The translations under genes were made by a program, and so were the position numbers. From a virus: a DNA stretch of 64,000 nucleotides. This document shows, one piece after another, positions 55,170 through 64,000 of this stretch. Where the stretch lies: the IMG/VR virus record IMGVR_UViG_3300042975_000098; one strand, written 5' to 3'. The notes below the pieces were generated by a model. It saw only the letters and a program-made list of their open reading frames with translations, made no database searches and had not been told where the DNA came from. Position 1 is the first letter of the stretch. Every line of letters begins with the position of its first letter.

Positions 55170-57670
55170 GACGAATGGGGGTTCGCATGGTGCGATCGAT
55201 TACTACGAAGAGGTTCTTTCTTCTTATATTGATTGGGTTCGCGTTGACCTGCGTCTTCGCCATGCTCCCGCACGCCGCTTTCGCCAAGGTAGGATATGGA
55301 CCGGGCACTGGCGCTTCTGGCGCCGGTGGTGGTTTTGGTTATGCGAATCGCATGGTTGTCCGTTTCGATGATGATGCGAATAATAACAACTTCAGGGATA
55401 ATAGAAGAAACTGGGCCATCTGGGATTTCTATAACAATAATCAAGGGGGGCGCGGCGCGGCCGACCCAAACCAGCGTAATAACAGTGGACAACTAGTTAA
55501 CTTTTCTCTTAGGTCCCTTGAAAACGCTTGCCAGGGTGCGCTCGATGACGCCGGTCCAAACTCCAGAGTGATAGGTTATGCGGCTTCCCTTCGCGATGGT
55601 CAATTTCCGTGGCCGGCGGCATGGCTCGCGTCGCCTGGTTCTTGGCAGGGTCTTTACGATGGTGCCCGTGGTGATGGTGCCATCAATGGCGGGTTGAGGA
55701 ACTATGATGAATCGTTGAAATCAGATATCCGCTGGAACGTACGTAACTATAACGGTACGCACGGTACATACTGCGTTGCCCTTAATCAGAACGATATCAT
55801 TGTCCGCGGCTGGAAGCGCAGCGAGGAGAAGGGCTATGACGTCGCCTCGAAGTCATCGTCCAAGCCGGTCGAGATGCCGGTCTGCTACGCCTATTACAAG
55901 GATGAGACGCAGGGCACCGACGGCTACCCGCTGAAGACGTCCGCAGTCGGATCGGGGGCCATCCAGACGGCATACGGCAAGCTCGTCAACGACTTCCTGC
56001 TCGGCAGGTACGGCGACTTCTCACCCGGCAAGGACATCGCCGCGCAGCAGGCCAACGTCAGCAAGCTCCAGGACGCCATCAAGGCGGCCTGTAACCAGTC
56101 GGATAGCCAGAAGACCGGCGTCACCATGAGCTCGACACAGAAGAACGCTCTGGCCAAGGGCGGCATCCAGCTGTTCACGCACTTCGGCAAGCGCGCGACC
56201 GTCAGCATACCCACGCCGTCGAGCCAGTGGTGGTGGCGCGAGTCCAATCACGTAACATGGAGACATGGCTGCATCGTCGGCCGCGACCGCGGTTGCCAGA
56301 AGACCACGAACGGCGAATCTACAAACTGGTGGTGGAACTCCGGGTGGCATTCGCTCGGCACCAAGCGGCAGACGACCGTCAGCGGGCATGGCGTTCGCCG
56401 CACCCCGTACTGCATGGGCGATCCGTCCAAGAAGGACAATCAGGGCGGCGGGGCACGGACCGATTGGGCCAATTACAATGGCGGCTGCTACTCGGTCATC
56501 AGGGACGGCATGCACCCGGTCGCGAACGACAAGCAGTCGTTCGTCCATATCTCGCATTACTACGTGGCGAACATCCTCTGCGACATCAAGGACTTCGCGG
56601 CCTACAGGGATCGCGTGTCCCGTTTCATCCTATCGGTGAACACGGACACGTCGGGCGGCAAGTACCATGGCACGATCGTCAGCACGGCGAGCGGCGACCC
56701 CAACGAGGTCCAGCTTCCCCGCATGACCGCGACGTTGACGAACAACCTGTCCGATATCGACCATTACCGCGCGGTGTCGCCGAATGCGGACGCCGGCGCG
56801 TTCGCCACGTTCAAGGCAGCGTACCTCTACCCCGACAGGTATGACCCCGCCGCTGACCCCGTGTACACGAAGGAATGCCCGTGGGATTGCGTCGCCACGA
56901 AGTCGGGCGGTTCCAACGGCTCGTCGGCGAACGTCGGCTCCACCGGTTCGGATGGCAAGTCGTACGGCAACCGTCTCACCGTGAACGACGCTGACGGCAA
57001 GCAGACCGGCAAGGTCAACAACACGGCGAACCTCGTCCTGTTCCGCAACAACGTGTGGAACAAGATTCAGCCCGACGTGTGGTACCCGGTCGTGAAGAGC
57101 GAGGACGGGCTTTCCTACGGGAACGCCGCCGCGAAGACGACGACGCTGGTGGTCAACGGCGATGGCACGCCATGGCAGTTCCCCTCCGGCGGGTTCATCA
57201 CGAAGATCAACGCGACGGGCACCGGTGACGACAGTGTGTTCGGTTCGTCATCGGCGTCACCGGCCGCAGCCGCGTCGCCGATCGCGCAGCGCCGCTTCGG
57301 AGGCGTCCGCTCGGCCACGGTATCCGGTCAGCTCAGCACGCTGTACGTGAAGAGCGGCTGGGCGTCCGATCCGAACAAGCCGATCAAGCTCGCCGTGAAG
57401 TACGAGTACGACGTGAGCAACTCCACGTCCGTGCCGTCATCGCCGACGTTCAATGGAGCGGATTTCGTCGTGACGACGAACAGCGAGAAGCTGACCGCCA
57501 CGTCGGATGGCAAGTGCTACGCGCAGTTCGGCCCGGACAACGGGTCGGCCCCCGACATGGTGTCGGAGACGCATGACGACACGGGCGCCGGTTCGAAGAA
57601 CGTGGTCGACGCGACGATCGACAACAAGCCGTACATTCTGTTGACGTTCGTTAGATCGACTGCTGAGTGA
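55166..57670 (+). CDS. Large exported surface or adhesin-like protein
   Basis: Signal peptide (..AAFA), Gly/Asn/Trp/Cys-rich; AT-richer 5' third. Confidence 0.75.
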   Translation: MRRMGVRMVRSITTKRFFLLILIGFALTCVFAMLPHAAFAKVGYGPGTGASGAGGGFGYANRMVVRFDDDANNNNFRDNRRNWAIWDFYNNNQGGRGAADPNQRNNSGQLVNFSLRSLENACQGALDDAGPNSRVIGYAASLRDGQFPWPAAWLASPGSWQGLYDGARGDGAINGGLRNYDESLKSDIRWNVRNYNGTHGTYCVALNQNDIIVRGWKRSEEKGYDVASKSSSKPVEMPVCYAYYKDETQGTDGYPLKTSAVGSGAIQTAYGKLVNDFLLGRYGDFSPGKDIAAQQANVSKLQDAIKAACNQSDSQKTGVTMSSTQKNALAKGGIQLFTHFGKRATVSIPTPSSQWWWRESNHVTWRHGCIVGRDRGCQKTTNGESTNWWWNSGWHSLGTKRQTTVSGHGVRRTPYCMGDPSKKDNQGGGARTDWANYNGGCYSVIRDGMHPVANDKQSFVHISHYYVANILCDIKDFAAYRDRVSRFILSVNTDTSGGKYHGTIVSTASGDPNEVQLPRMTATLTNNLSDIDHYRAVSPNADAGAFATFKAAYLYPDRYDPAADPVYTKECPWDCVATKSGGSNGSSANVGSTGSDGKSYGNRLTVNDADGKQTGKVNNTANLVLFRNNVWNKIQPDVWYPVVKSEDGLSYGNAAAKTTTLVVNGDGTPWQFPSGGFITKINATGTGDDSVFGSSSASPAAAASPIAQRRFGGVRSATVSGQLSTLYVKSGWASDPNKPIKLAVKYEYDVSNSTSVPSSPTFNGADFVVTTNSEKLTATSDGKCYAQFGPDNGSAPDMVSETHDDTGAGSKNVVDATIDNKPYILLTFVRSTAE

Positions 57671-58236
57671 GCATGGAGGAAATCATGAACATACGTCGAC
57701 GATTGAGGTCGGTCGCGGACACGCTTGGCTCCGAGAGCGGCGAGAACACGATGACGATGATCATCGCGTTCCCGTTCCTCATGGCCATCATCTTCACGAT
57801 CATGGACTTCGCTTTCTACATGAACGACATGGCGATGCTTCGCAGCGATCTTCGTGACGGGGCGCGCACGGCCGCCATCTTCGGCGGCAACGGCTCCGGC
57901 ACCGGGTTGTCATCGAACCTCGCGAAATCATACGGGGCTACGTGCTCCGGCGTGGGTTCGGGCGGCGACGTGGTGTCGTGCCTCGTGAAGAACCAGATAG
58001 GCGCCGATCATGGGTACATATCCCTTGAGGTGTCGAACGTGAAGTGCGACGCCGATGCCAGCAAGGTGAAGATAGGAGCGCCCGTGTACTGCCAGGCCGA
58101 CTATCAGTACGATGGCGTCCCCGGTTCGGCGTTCGGCATGCTCGGGCCGACTTTCAGCAGCCAGGCCGGAACCCATGTCGGCGCGTGGAACAAGGGCACC
58201 GTGAAGGTCAGCGCCCAGTCCGAAGTCGCGGGTTAG
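57667..58236 (+). CDS. TadE-like (Flp pilus) pseudopilin
   Basis: ESGE.TMTMIIAFPFLMAIIFTIMDF...ARTAA. Confidence 0.8.
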   Translation: MSMEEIMNIRRRLRSVADTLGSESGENTMTMIIAFPFLMAIIFTIMDFAFYMNDMAMLRSDLRDGARTAAIFGGNGSGTGLSSNLAKSYGATCSGVGSGGDVVSCLVKNQIGADHGYISLEVSNVKCDADASKVKIGAPVYCQADYQYDGVPGSAFGMLGPTFSSQAGTHVGAWNKGTVKVSAQSEVAG

Positions 58237-58247
58237 GAGATACCACA

Positions 58248-58913
58248 ATGAACATGGCGATTCGTCTTCGACGGGCCCTGCGCTCGGAATCGGGCGACAG
58301 CGTGACGGTGATGCTCATCACGGGCATGGTCTTCATCCTCGTATGCCTCGGCATCAGCGTGGACATGAGCAAGAACGCCGCCGCGCGTCAGGACTACACG
58401 TCGATAGCGCAGGAGTCGACGCAGGCGGCGATCCGCCTGCAGGATGGTTCCGGCAACATCGAGTGCGGCGACACCAGTACGACAACGCTTCGCGGGCTCG
58501 CCCAGATGAAGTCGTACGTATCCGATTTCAGCCAGCCGGCGTCGAAGCGGCTGGCGGTGCAGACGTATCTTCAGAAGACGGGGCGTCTCACGGCCACGAC
58601 CCGCGCGCTCGGTTCCGATTCGAACTACAACCGCAACATGCGCGCCATGGCGTCCAACGGCGCGTCGATCGACGCTGATGGCGACAGGTTCTCCATGAAG
58701 CTGTTCTGCTCATCGGGAATCAGCAGTTCGTTCGGCGCCGGCAAGAGGAACACGCTGACGCCCGGAGGGTCGTCGAGCAAACTCAACGTCATCTCCATGG
58801 AGGTGAACGATTGGACCGACAACTTCATCCTCGGCATCATCGGACTGCCGATGCAGAGTTACGACGTCACCGCCCGCGCCATCGCCTCGTGGAATGGTTC
58901 GTCCATATCCTGA
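58248..58913 (+). CDS. TadE/TadG-like pilus assembly protein
   Basis: SESGDSVTVMLI...LGISVDMS...AQESTQAA. Confidence 0.78.
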   Translation: MNMAIRLRRALRSESGDSVTVMLITGMVFILVCLGISVDMSKNAAARQDYTSIAQESTQAAIRLQDGSGNIECGDTSTTTLRGLAQMKSYVSDFSQPASKRLAVQTYLQKTGRLTATTRALGSDSNYNRNMRAMASNGASIDADGDRFSMKLFCSSGISSSFGAGKRNTLTPGGSSSKLNVISMEVNDWTDNFILGIIGLPMQSYDVTARAIASWNGSSIS

Positions 58914-58938
58914 CGATTCGACCATCATTCGATCGTCT

Positions 58939-58973
58939 CAGCGCCCCGGCATGCGTAGTCAGCCGGGGCGCTG
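58939..58973 (+). terminator. Hairpin after the Tad genes
   Basis: CAGCGCCCCGGC/GCCGGGGCGCTG. Confidence 0.65.
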
Positions 58974-58985
58974 TCGTTGCATGAG

Positions 58986-59115
58986 AGCCACGTATGACCC
59001 TCGTTTCGCGCTTTCGTGATGCGATGGTCGAAAACGCCGTTTTTCGCGCGGCGTTGAAAAATTACGTTCAAAAGGCAAGCGTTCGCTTATCATATGAACG
59101 CAATCAACGCAAACG
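58986..59115 (-). repeat. Dispersed repeat copy D, inverted and diverged
   Basis: Reverse complement gives CGTTCATATGATAAGCGAACGCTTGCC..TGAACG...AAAAACGGCGTTTTCGA...TACGTGGCT. Confidence 0.8.
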
Positions 59116-59212
59116 CCGTCCGCATTCGCCGTCTGCGCGTTAATTCGCCGGTGTTTCGCGTACATGTGTTGACGGCCGGCCATCTTCGCGTCCGCATCGG
59201 TATAATGCCCGC

Positions 59213-61093
59213 ATGACCAACACGGGAACAGTAAGCAACAACGCGGATGAACTGCAAGCGATCATCGACGCGCAGGCCGAGAGGCTACGCGCGCTGGATG
59301 CTACGATCAAGGACCAGGAACGGCTGCTCGCTATCGGTCATCACCTCGGCCTCGCGTACAACACGATCCCAGAGCACGGCGACGCGCAGAGGCTGCTGAA
59401 CGGGGAGGTGCCCGTGCTCACCGCCGACGATGCGCACTCAACGGTGAAGACCGGTGCCAGCGAGGATGATCACGTGCTCATCGAGGGCGATAACCTGACC
59501 GCGCTGACCATGCTCCAAGCCACGCACGCGGGCAAGGTGAACGTGATCTACATCGACCCGCCGTACAACACTGGTAACCAGGACTTCGTGTATAACGACA
59601 GGTTCGTTGACCCTGAGGACTCGTACCGGCATAGTAAGTGGCTGTCGTTCATGCGGGCGCGACTTGTCCTCGCGCGCGAACTGCTCACGAACGATGGCGT
59701 GATCTTCGTGAGCATCGATGATCACGAGCAAGCATACCTGAGAGTGCTCATGGACGAGGTGTTCGGCGAGCAGAACTTCATCACCACATTCTCGTGGATA
59801 GCTTCTCGCCATTTCATTGACGAGGCTAACGTTGATAAGTATATCCCCACTCTTGGCGCTAATCTTGGGAAGTTCAAGGGTACACATGAGTATGTTCATG
59901 CCTATGGGAAAACAAATGCGTTCTCCTTCGGTCTGCTGCCTTCGGAGAACAAGTCCATCACTAGCCGGTTGACCAAAGCCGGCAATGCGACCCGTGTGCT
60001 GACATTGCCGGCGGGAACCCCATGCGAACTTGAATCAGCAGTGTTCACGGGATCCGTGGGTGGCCCCTCGGAACGGTTAAAGCTGATCGATGACATGGTG
60101 ATAAAAAATCATCGTCTTGTCAACGACACCCGCATACAAGGCGATTTTAGTTCACCCAACATGTTCAATCGGTTCTTCGCGCACGAGGAAGTGAGAGATC
60201 ACAAGGGACAACGGGTTACGGACATCTACATTACACGCATCGGCGTCCCGTATATGCGTAAGGAGAACTTTGGAACCATTCCCTCGAATACGTTATCCGG
60301 GTTCGGGGACACAAGTATCGCAAGCAAGGAACTGTCAAACATTGTCGGCGCAAGCGTGTTCGGCTACCCAAAGCCTGTGGACCTTATCAAACACTTGTTG
60401 ACGATATCGACAACCACTGATTCCATCGTCCTTGACTTCTTCGCCGGGTCGGGCACCACGGGGCAGGCGGTCGCTGAACTGAACAAGGAGGATGGCGGGC
60501 ATCGCCGGGCCATCCTCGTGACGAACAATTACGAGCAGGATGGCGCGGAGAACGGGATCGCTCGTAGCGTGACCGCGGTTCGCTTGCGCCGCGTGCTCAC
60601 TGGTGAGGGCTGGACCGATGGGAAGAAGCATGACCCGCTCCCGGGGAACCTGCGGTACTACCGCATCGGTTTCAAGGCGCGGGCCGATGATGCGGACGTG
60701 TTTACCGGGGCGTTCGCCGCGCCCGTTGACATCGCCGGGGTCATCGCGCTTGCTCGTGGAACACATGACGTGGTGAGTGCCGAATCGCTGGCGGTCGCTT
60801 GCCCGGTACTCGCCGCGGCCGTCGCTAACGGCAGGGCGATGGTGCTCACGAATGGGCACGGTGATCGGGTGCTCGTGTACGCGGATGCCGTAGCCGTGAT
60901 GAACGGGGCCGATGAGTACGAGGACGCGCTGGCCGAGTTCCGCGAGTGGGCCGGTGATAAGGGTGCCGTGTACTTGGCGAGTCTTGATGAGTCGGATGAT
61001 GATGGTGTCGTGTACCCGTTGCCGTACGTGAGGACCGTGCGGCGCACTGTTAATGGGCTTGAGCGTCAGGGATTGCTGGCCCGTGAGAAGTGA
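59213..61093 (+). CDS. Type III Mod-like adenine DNA methyltransferase (no res gene adjacent)
   Basis: IEGDNL, IYIDPPYNTG, HSKWLSFMRARL, YPKP, VLDFFAGSGTTGQAV. Confidence 0.9.
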   Translation: MTNTGTVSNNADELQAIIDAQAERLRALDATIKDQERLLAIGHHLGLAYNTIPEHGDAQRLLNGEVPVLTADDAHSTVKTGASEDDHVLIEGDNLTALTMLQATHAGKVNVIYIDPPYNTGNQDFVYNDRFVDPEDSYRHSKWLSFMRARLVLARELLTNDGVIFVSIDDHEQAYLRVLMDEVFGEQNFITTFSWIASRHFIDEANVDKYIPTLGANLGKFKGTHEYVHAYGKTNAFSFGLLPSENKSITSRLTKAGNATRVLTLPAGTPCELESAVFTGSVGGPSERLKLIDDMVIKNHRLVNDTRIQGDFSSPNMFNRFFAHEEVRDHKGQRVTDIYITRIGVPYMRKENFGTIPSNTLSGFGDTSIASKELSNIVGASVFGYPKPVDLIKHLLTISTTTDSIVLDFFAGSGTTGQAVAELNKEDGGHRRAILVTNNYEQDGAENGIARSVTAVRLRRVLTGEGWTDGKKHDPLPGNLRYYRIGFKARADDADVFTGAFAAPVDIAGVIALARGTHDVVSAESLAVACPVLAAAVANGRAMVLTNGHGDRVLVYADAVAVMNGADEYEDALAEFREWAGDKGAVYLASLDESDDDGVVYPLPYVRTVRRTVNGLERQGLLAREK

Positions 61094-61319
61094 GAGCGTT
61101 CGTTGGCGATGCGTCATCGTGAATCGGCTTCATGCGTGAAGAGTTATTGATGCTGGTTATCGGGACGATTCCCGAGGGAGCGCGGCGTTCGACGGCTTCT
61201 GGACTGCGGCGTGTTATGAATAGACGCTGATATGTCGATTTTGAATCGCATGGTGATCACGACTCGCCGACGATCGCGAACGTTAGATTCCGTGTATGGC
61301 AAACTGGTATGATGAGGGC

Positions 61320-61907
61320 ATGAGCAGAAATAATCATCACCGTCTTGGGCCTGACGCTGTTGGCGAGGTTCGGCGTTTCGATCGGTGCGGTTTCGGCATT
61401 GATTGGATGAAGTCGCGCGGGTTCTCGTCGTTGTTGGTGGTGGGTTCGCGTCGTCATGCGTCCATGCTGCGAAGCATTCATGATTCCTTCGTGGATTATG
61501 GTCCATGCGTCGATATGCGCGCGAATGACCCTATGGGGAACAGGCGCGCTCTAGCCGGTTTGTCTGCTGCGTCCGGCGAGCCCGTCATTGTCGAAGGGCA
61601 TGATGCTGTTCTTTCCGGAGTCGCGTCGTCGGCGCGCCGCATCTCATTACTGCGCGATCTTTGCGGCATCATCTCGCGTGACCGTCTGTTCGTCATGACC
61701 GAGGTGATTGACGATGATTCGCTGTCGTTGATTGGAGGTGAAAGGAACCTGTACGATGCCATCGTGTCCGCTGGCGAGCTGAGTCCGATATACAGCGAGC
61801 TTGTGTTCGGTGGCGGTTTGGGCGCGGGTGTGCCATCCGGCCGTCCGTTCCTCGGAGTACTCACAGGCGCGGGCGACCGCGCGCGTAGAAAGAACCAACA
61901 TGTCTGA
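61320..61907 (+). CDS. Hypothetical protein
   Basis: TATGAT-N6-ATG leaderless start; overlaps the next gene. Confidence 0.55.
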   Translation: MSRNNHHRLGPDAVGEVRRFDRCGFGIDWMKSRGFSSLLVVGSRRHASMLRSIHDSFVDYGPCVDMRANDPMGNRRALAGLSAASGEPVIVEGHDAVLSGVASSARRISLLRDLCGIISRDRLFVMTEVIDDDSLSLIGGERNLYDAIVSAGELSPIYSELVFGGGLGAGVPSGRPFLGVLTGAGDRARRKNQHV

Positions 61908-63318
61908 TAAGAGAATCGTTTCCGTGATCGATACCAATGTGTTCCTGAGCACTGGCGACGAATTGTTCCACAAGCTCGATAACAGGGACATCGTGATCCC
62001 GCTCATCGTGTACAAGGAGATCGAGAAGTACCGAACGAATCCGGGCGGTCTCGGCCGCGCGGCTCGTACGGTCATCCGTTTCCTTGAATCGGTTCGCGTC
62101 GCTTCCGATGCGAACATGTCCGTGGTACCGGTGCCTATCAGTGGAACCGGGAACACCGTCCGAATCGAGATCGATCATAAGGATCAGTCGAAGCTCGATG
62201 CCGACGTTCGCGATGATAAGAGCAATGACACGATTATCATGGCCGTAGCGAAGAATCTCGATGCCGATGCCCGCGCCCGCGGAACCGGCCCGGTGGAACT
62301 CATCACGAACGATGCGCCCTTGCGGTTCCTTGCCAACGTGACGGCCGGCATCCGCGCGGTTCCCTACGACACGGGAGATCACGAGGCGTTCGACGGCTTC
62401 GTTCAGGTTGACGCGGCCGGCTTCGCGTCAAGTCTCGATGACGTGCGTGATCCCGCTGAGCCATTCGACGACGAGGACGTGGTGGCCGCCATCGACGCCG
62501 GCTACCGGCGGCCGCCGGCGAACGCGCTCGCGGTCATCGATCATGGCGATTGGCATGATCTCAAGCTTAAAAAGACGGTGGGCGACCGGGTGACCGTGGA
62601 CAACTTCGATGAGCGTGCGTGGCGGTCGGCCGGTCCGGTGAAGCCGCGGAACCTGGAGCAGGCATTGGCGTCCGAGTGGCTCAACGATCCGAACATCCAG
62701 ATGCTGTCGCTCGGCGGAGTCGCGGGCGGCGGCAAGTCGCTGCTGACCATCGCATACGGTCTTGACGCCGTTCGCCATCACCAGTTCGATCATGTGACGG
62801 TGTTCCGCTCCATGTACGCCGTCGGCCGGCAGGACGCCGGTTTCCTGCCCGGCGACATCGATGACAAGATGCGGCCGTGGGCGCAGGCGGTGTGGGACAG
62901 CGTGCGCAAGTACGATTCGCTGCTCAGCCGCAGCCGCCGCCGGCGCAAGCAGCCAGCCGCCGCCGATGGCGTTCCCGAGACGCTTGAGGACAGGTACGCG
63001 GATATGATCACCATCAGCCCGCTGACGTGGATTCGCGGTCGCACGTTCGAGAATCAGCTTATCATCGTGGATGACGCGCAGTCGCTTGACAGGTCGGTGC
63101 TGCTCGACATGGTTTCGAGACTGGGCAGCGGGAGCAAGATCGTATTCACATTCGACATGGATCAGCAGGACAACCCGTACTTGTCGAAGGGGACCAGCAT
63201 CGTGAGCCTGGTGAACCGTCTCAAGAGCGAGCCGCTGTTCGCCCACGTCGAGTTCGTGAAGTCCGAACGCTCCGCGCTCGCCCAGCTTGCCGGCAGGCTG
63301 TTGAAGGAGCTTGACTGA
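61900..63318 (+). CDS. PhoH-family PIN-domain/ATPase protein (PhoH2-like)
   Basis: VIDTNV PIN motif, GVAGGGKS, IRGRTF, IVDDAQ, DMDQQDNPYL. Confidence 0.92.
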   Translation: MSDKRIVSVIDTNVFLSTGDELFHKLDNRDIVIPLIVYKEIEKYRTNPGGLGRAARTVIRFLESVRVASDANMSVVPVPISGTGNTVRIEIDHKDQSKLDADVRDDKSNDTIIMAVAKNLDADARARGTGPVELITNDAPLRFLANVTAGIRAVPYDTGDHEAFDGFVQVDAAGFASSLDDVRDPAEPFDDEDVVAAIDAGYRRPPANALAVIDHGDWHDLKLKKTVGDRVTVDNFDERAWRSAGPVKPRNLEQALASEWLNDPNIQMLSLGGVAGGGKSLLTIAYGLDAVRHHQFDHVTVFRSMYAVGRQDAGFLPGDIDDKMRPWAQAVWDSVRKYDSLLSRSRRRRKQPAAADGVPETLEDRYADMITISPLTWIRGRTFENQLIIVDDAQSLDRSVLLDMVSRLGSGSKIVFTFDMDQQDNPYLSKGTSIVSLVNRLKSEPLFAHVEFVKSERSALAQLAGRLLKELD

Positions 63319-63336
63319 CATCGGCTTGTCATGACC

Positions 63337-63370
63337 GGCGCCCCGCGAACCCGAGCGTTCGCGGGGCGCC
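63337..63370 (+). terminator. GC hairpin after the PhoH-like gene
   Basis: GGCGCCCCGCGAAC/GTTCGCGGGGCGCC. Confidence 0.7.
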
Positions 63371-63424
63371 GCGGGTTCCGGGGCGATATTCACGTGTGGT
63401 GACGTTCGAGAACCGGAGGTGGGC

Positions 63425-64000
63425 ATGAGAACCGCATCGTATGTGACATCGACTGATACGGTGTATGACGGGCGTATCCGCCCGCGCTCCGGCATCCGCG
63501 CCGTCTCGGCGGTCCTCGCGCTGCTCTTCGCTGCCATGTCGATGTTCCTCGCCGCCGGGCCGGGCGGGGCCAGCGCGCTCCTTGATGGCGTGCTGTGCGG
63601 TTCCGATCTCGGCGCTAACACCCGTTACCAGAGCGCCACCCCCGGCGGCGTCCTCGCGTCCGGCGATTCGAGCGGCAACAAGTACTCCATACAGGACCTG
63701 TACTCGGACACCATCAAGTATACGACGTTCAACGGCTCGTCCGACCCATCGAAGATAGGGAGCGGCGACGGCTCGTCGTTCGCCGGCGTCGATGGCTCGA
63801 AGGAGGTGTCCGCACGGGCGAAGAACGTGTCCGCTGCGGCGGGGGAGGTTCACGAGGGCTTCGCCTGCGTCACCCGGTTCATGGCCGGCGGCATGTCGAA
63901 CATGATGCTTGGACTGGCCAGTCTGAACGCGCGCCTCATATCGCTGTTCGTAAGCAAGGCGTCGAACCCGGACATCATCTGCAAGTCGGCGGATGATACC
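63425..64000 (+). CDS. 5' part of a large membrane or exported protein running off the window
   Basis: Open frame MRTASYVTSTD...AVLALLFAAMSMFLAAG... with no stop before 64000; absent from the ORF track. Confidence 0.7.
   Translation, partial: MRTASYVTSTDTVYDGRIRPRSGIRAVSAVLALLFAAMSMFLAAGPGGASALLDGVLCGSDLGANTRYQSATPGGVLASGDSSGNKYSIQDLYSDTIKYTTFNGSSDPSKIGSGDGSSFAGVDGSKEVSARAKNVSAAAGEVHEGFACVTRFMAGGMSNMMLGLASLNARLISLFVSKASNPDIICKSADDT

Noticed and set aside
1-64000. Jumbo phage identity; rRNA genes; cas genes
   Set aside because: No capsid, terminase, tail, rRNA or Cas signatures in this window; Rep and Tad genes favour a plasmid, but the rest of the replicon is unseen

Overview
GC-rich, Actinomycetota-like DNA that looks like part of a large conjugative (mega)plasmid. 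It has a replicase-type Rep with upstream direct repeats, Tad/Flp-like and membrane genes, and no virion genes. It encodes its own replication and expression functions (type IIA topoisomerase A subunit, LigA, DnaX, RecG-like and Pif1-like helicases, sigma70, tmRNA). An ~11.5 kb tRNA array (9.1-20.6 kb) holds about 45 tRNAs covering all 20 amino acids, many atypical (13 with C33; A34 anticodons for Leu, Ser and Ala). The most novel-looking signal is a set of non-tRNA structured RNAs inside the array: (i) two copies of a ~110-nt pseudoknotted RNA with at least 8 compensatory base-pair changes, each starting 4 nt after a tRNA-like 3' end; (ii) two circularly permuted tRNA / YrlA-like RNAs; (iii) two 69-nt anticodon-less tRNA mimics; (iv) a 146-nt RNA with alanine acceptor identity (mini-tmRNA-like). 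Other notable items: a dispersed ~138-bp hairpin repeat, one copy of which is split by a low-GC HD+FtsH cargo; a Cys/His N-terminal leader shared by unrelated proteins; a SLOG-antitoxin fusion next to a Doc toxin; an orphan type I-E-like mini CRISPR; two promoter classes for leaderless genes; and a 4.5-kb tandem duplication that may be an assembly artefact. All calls were made by eye, without database searches or folding software.
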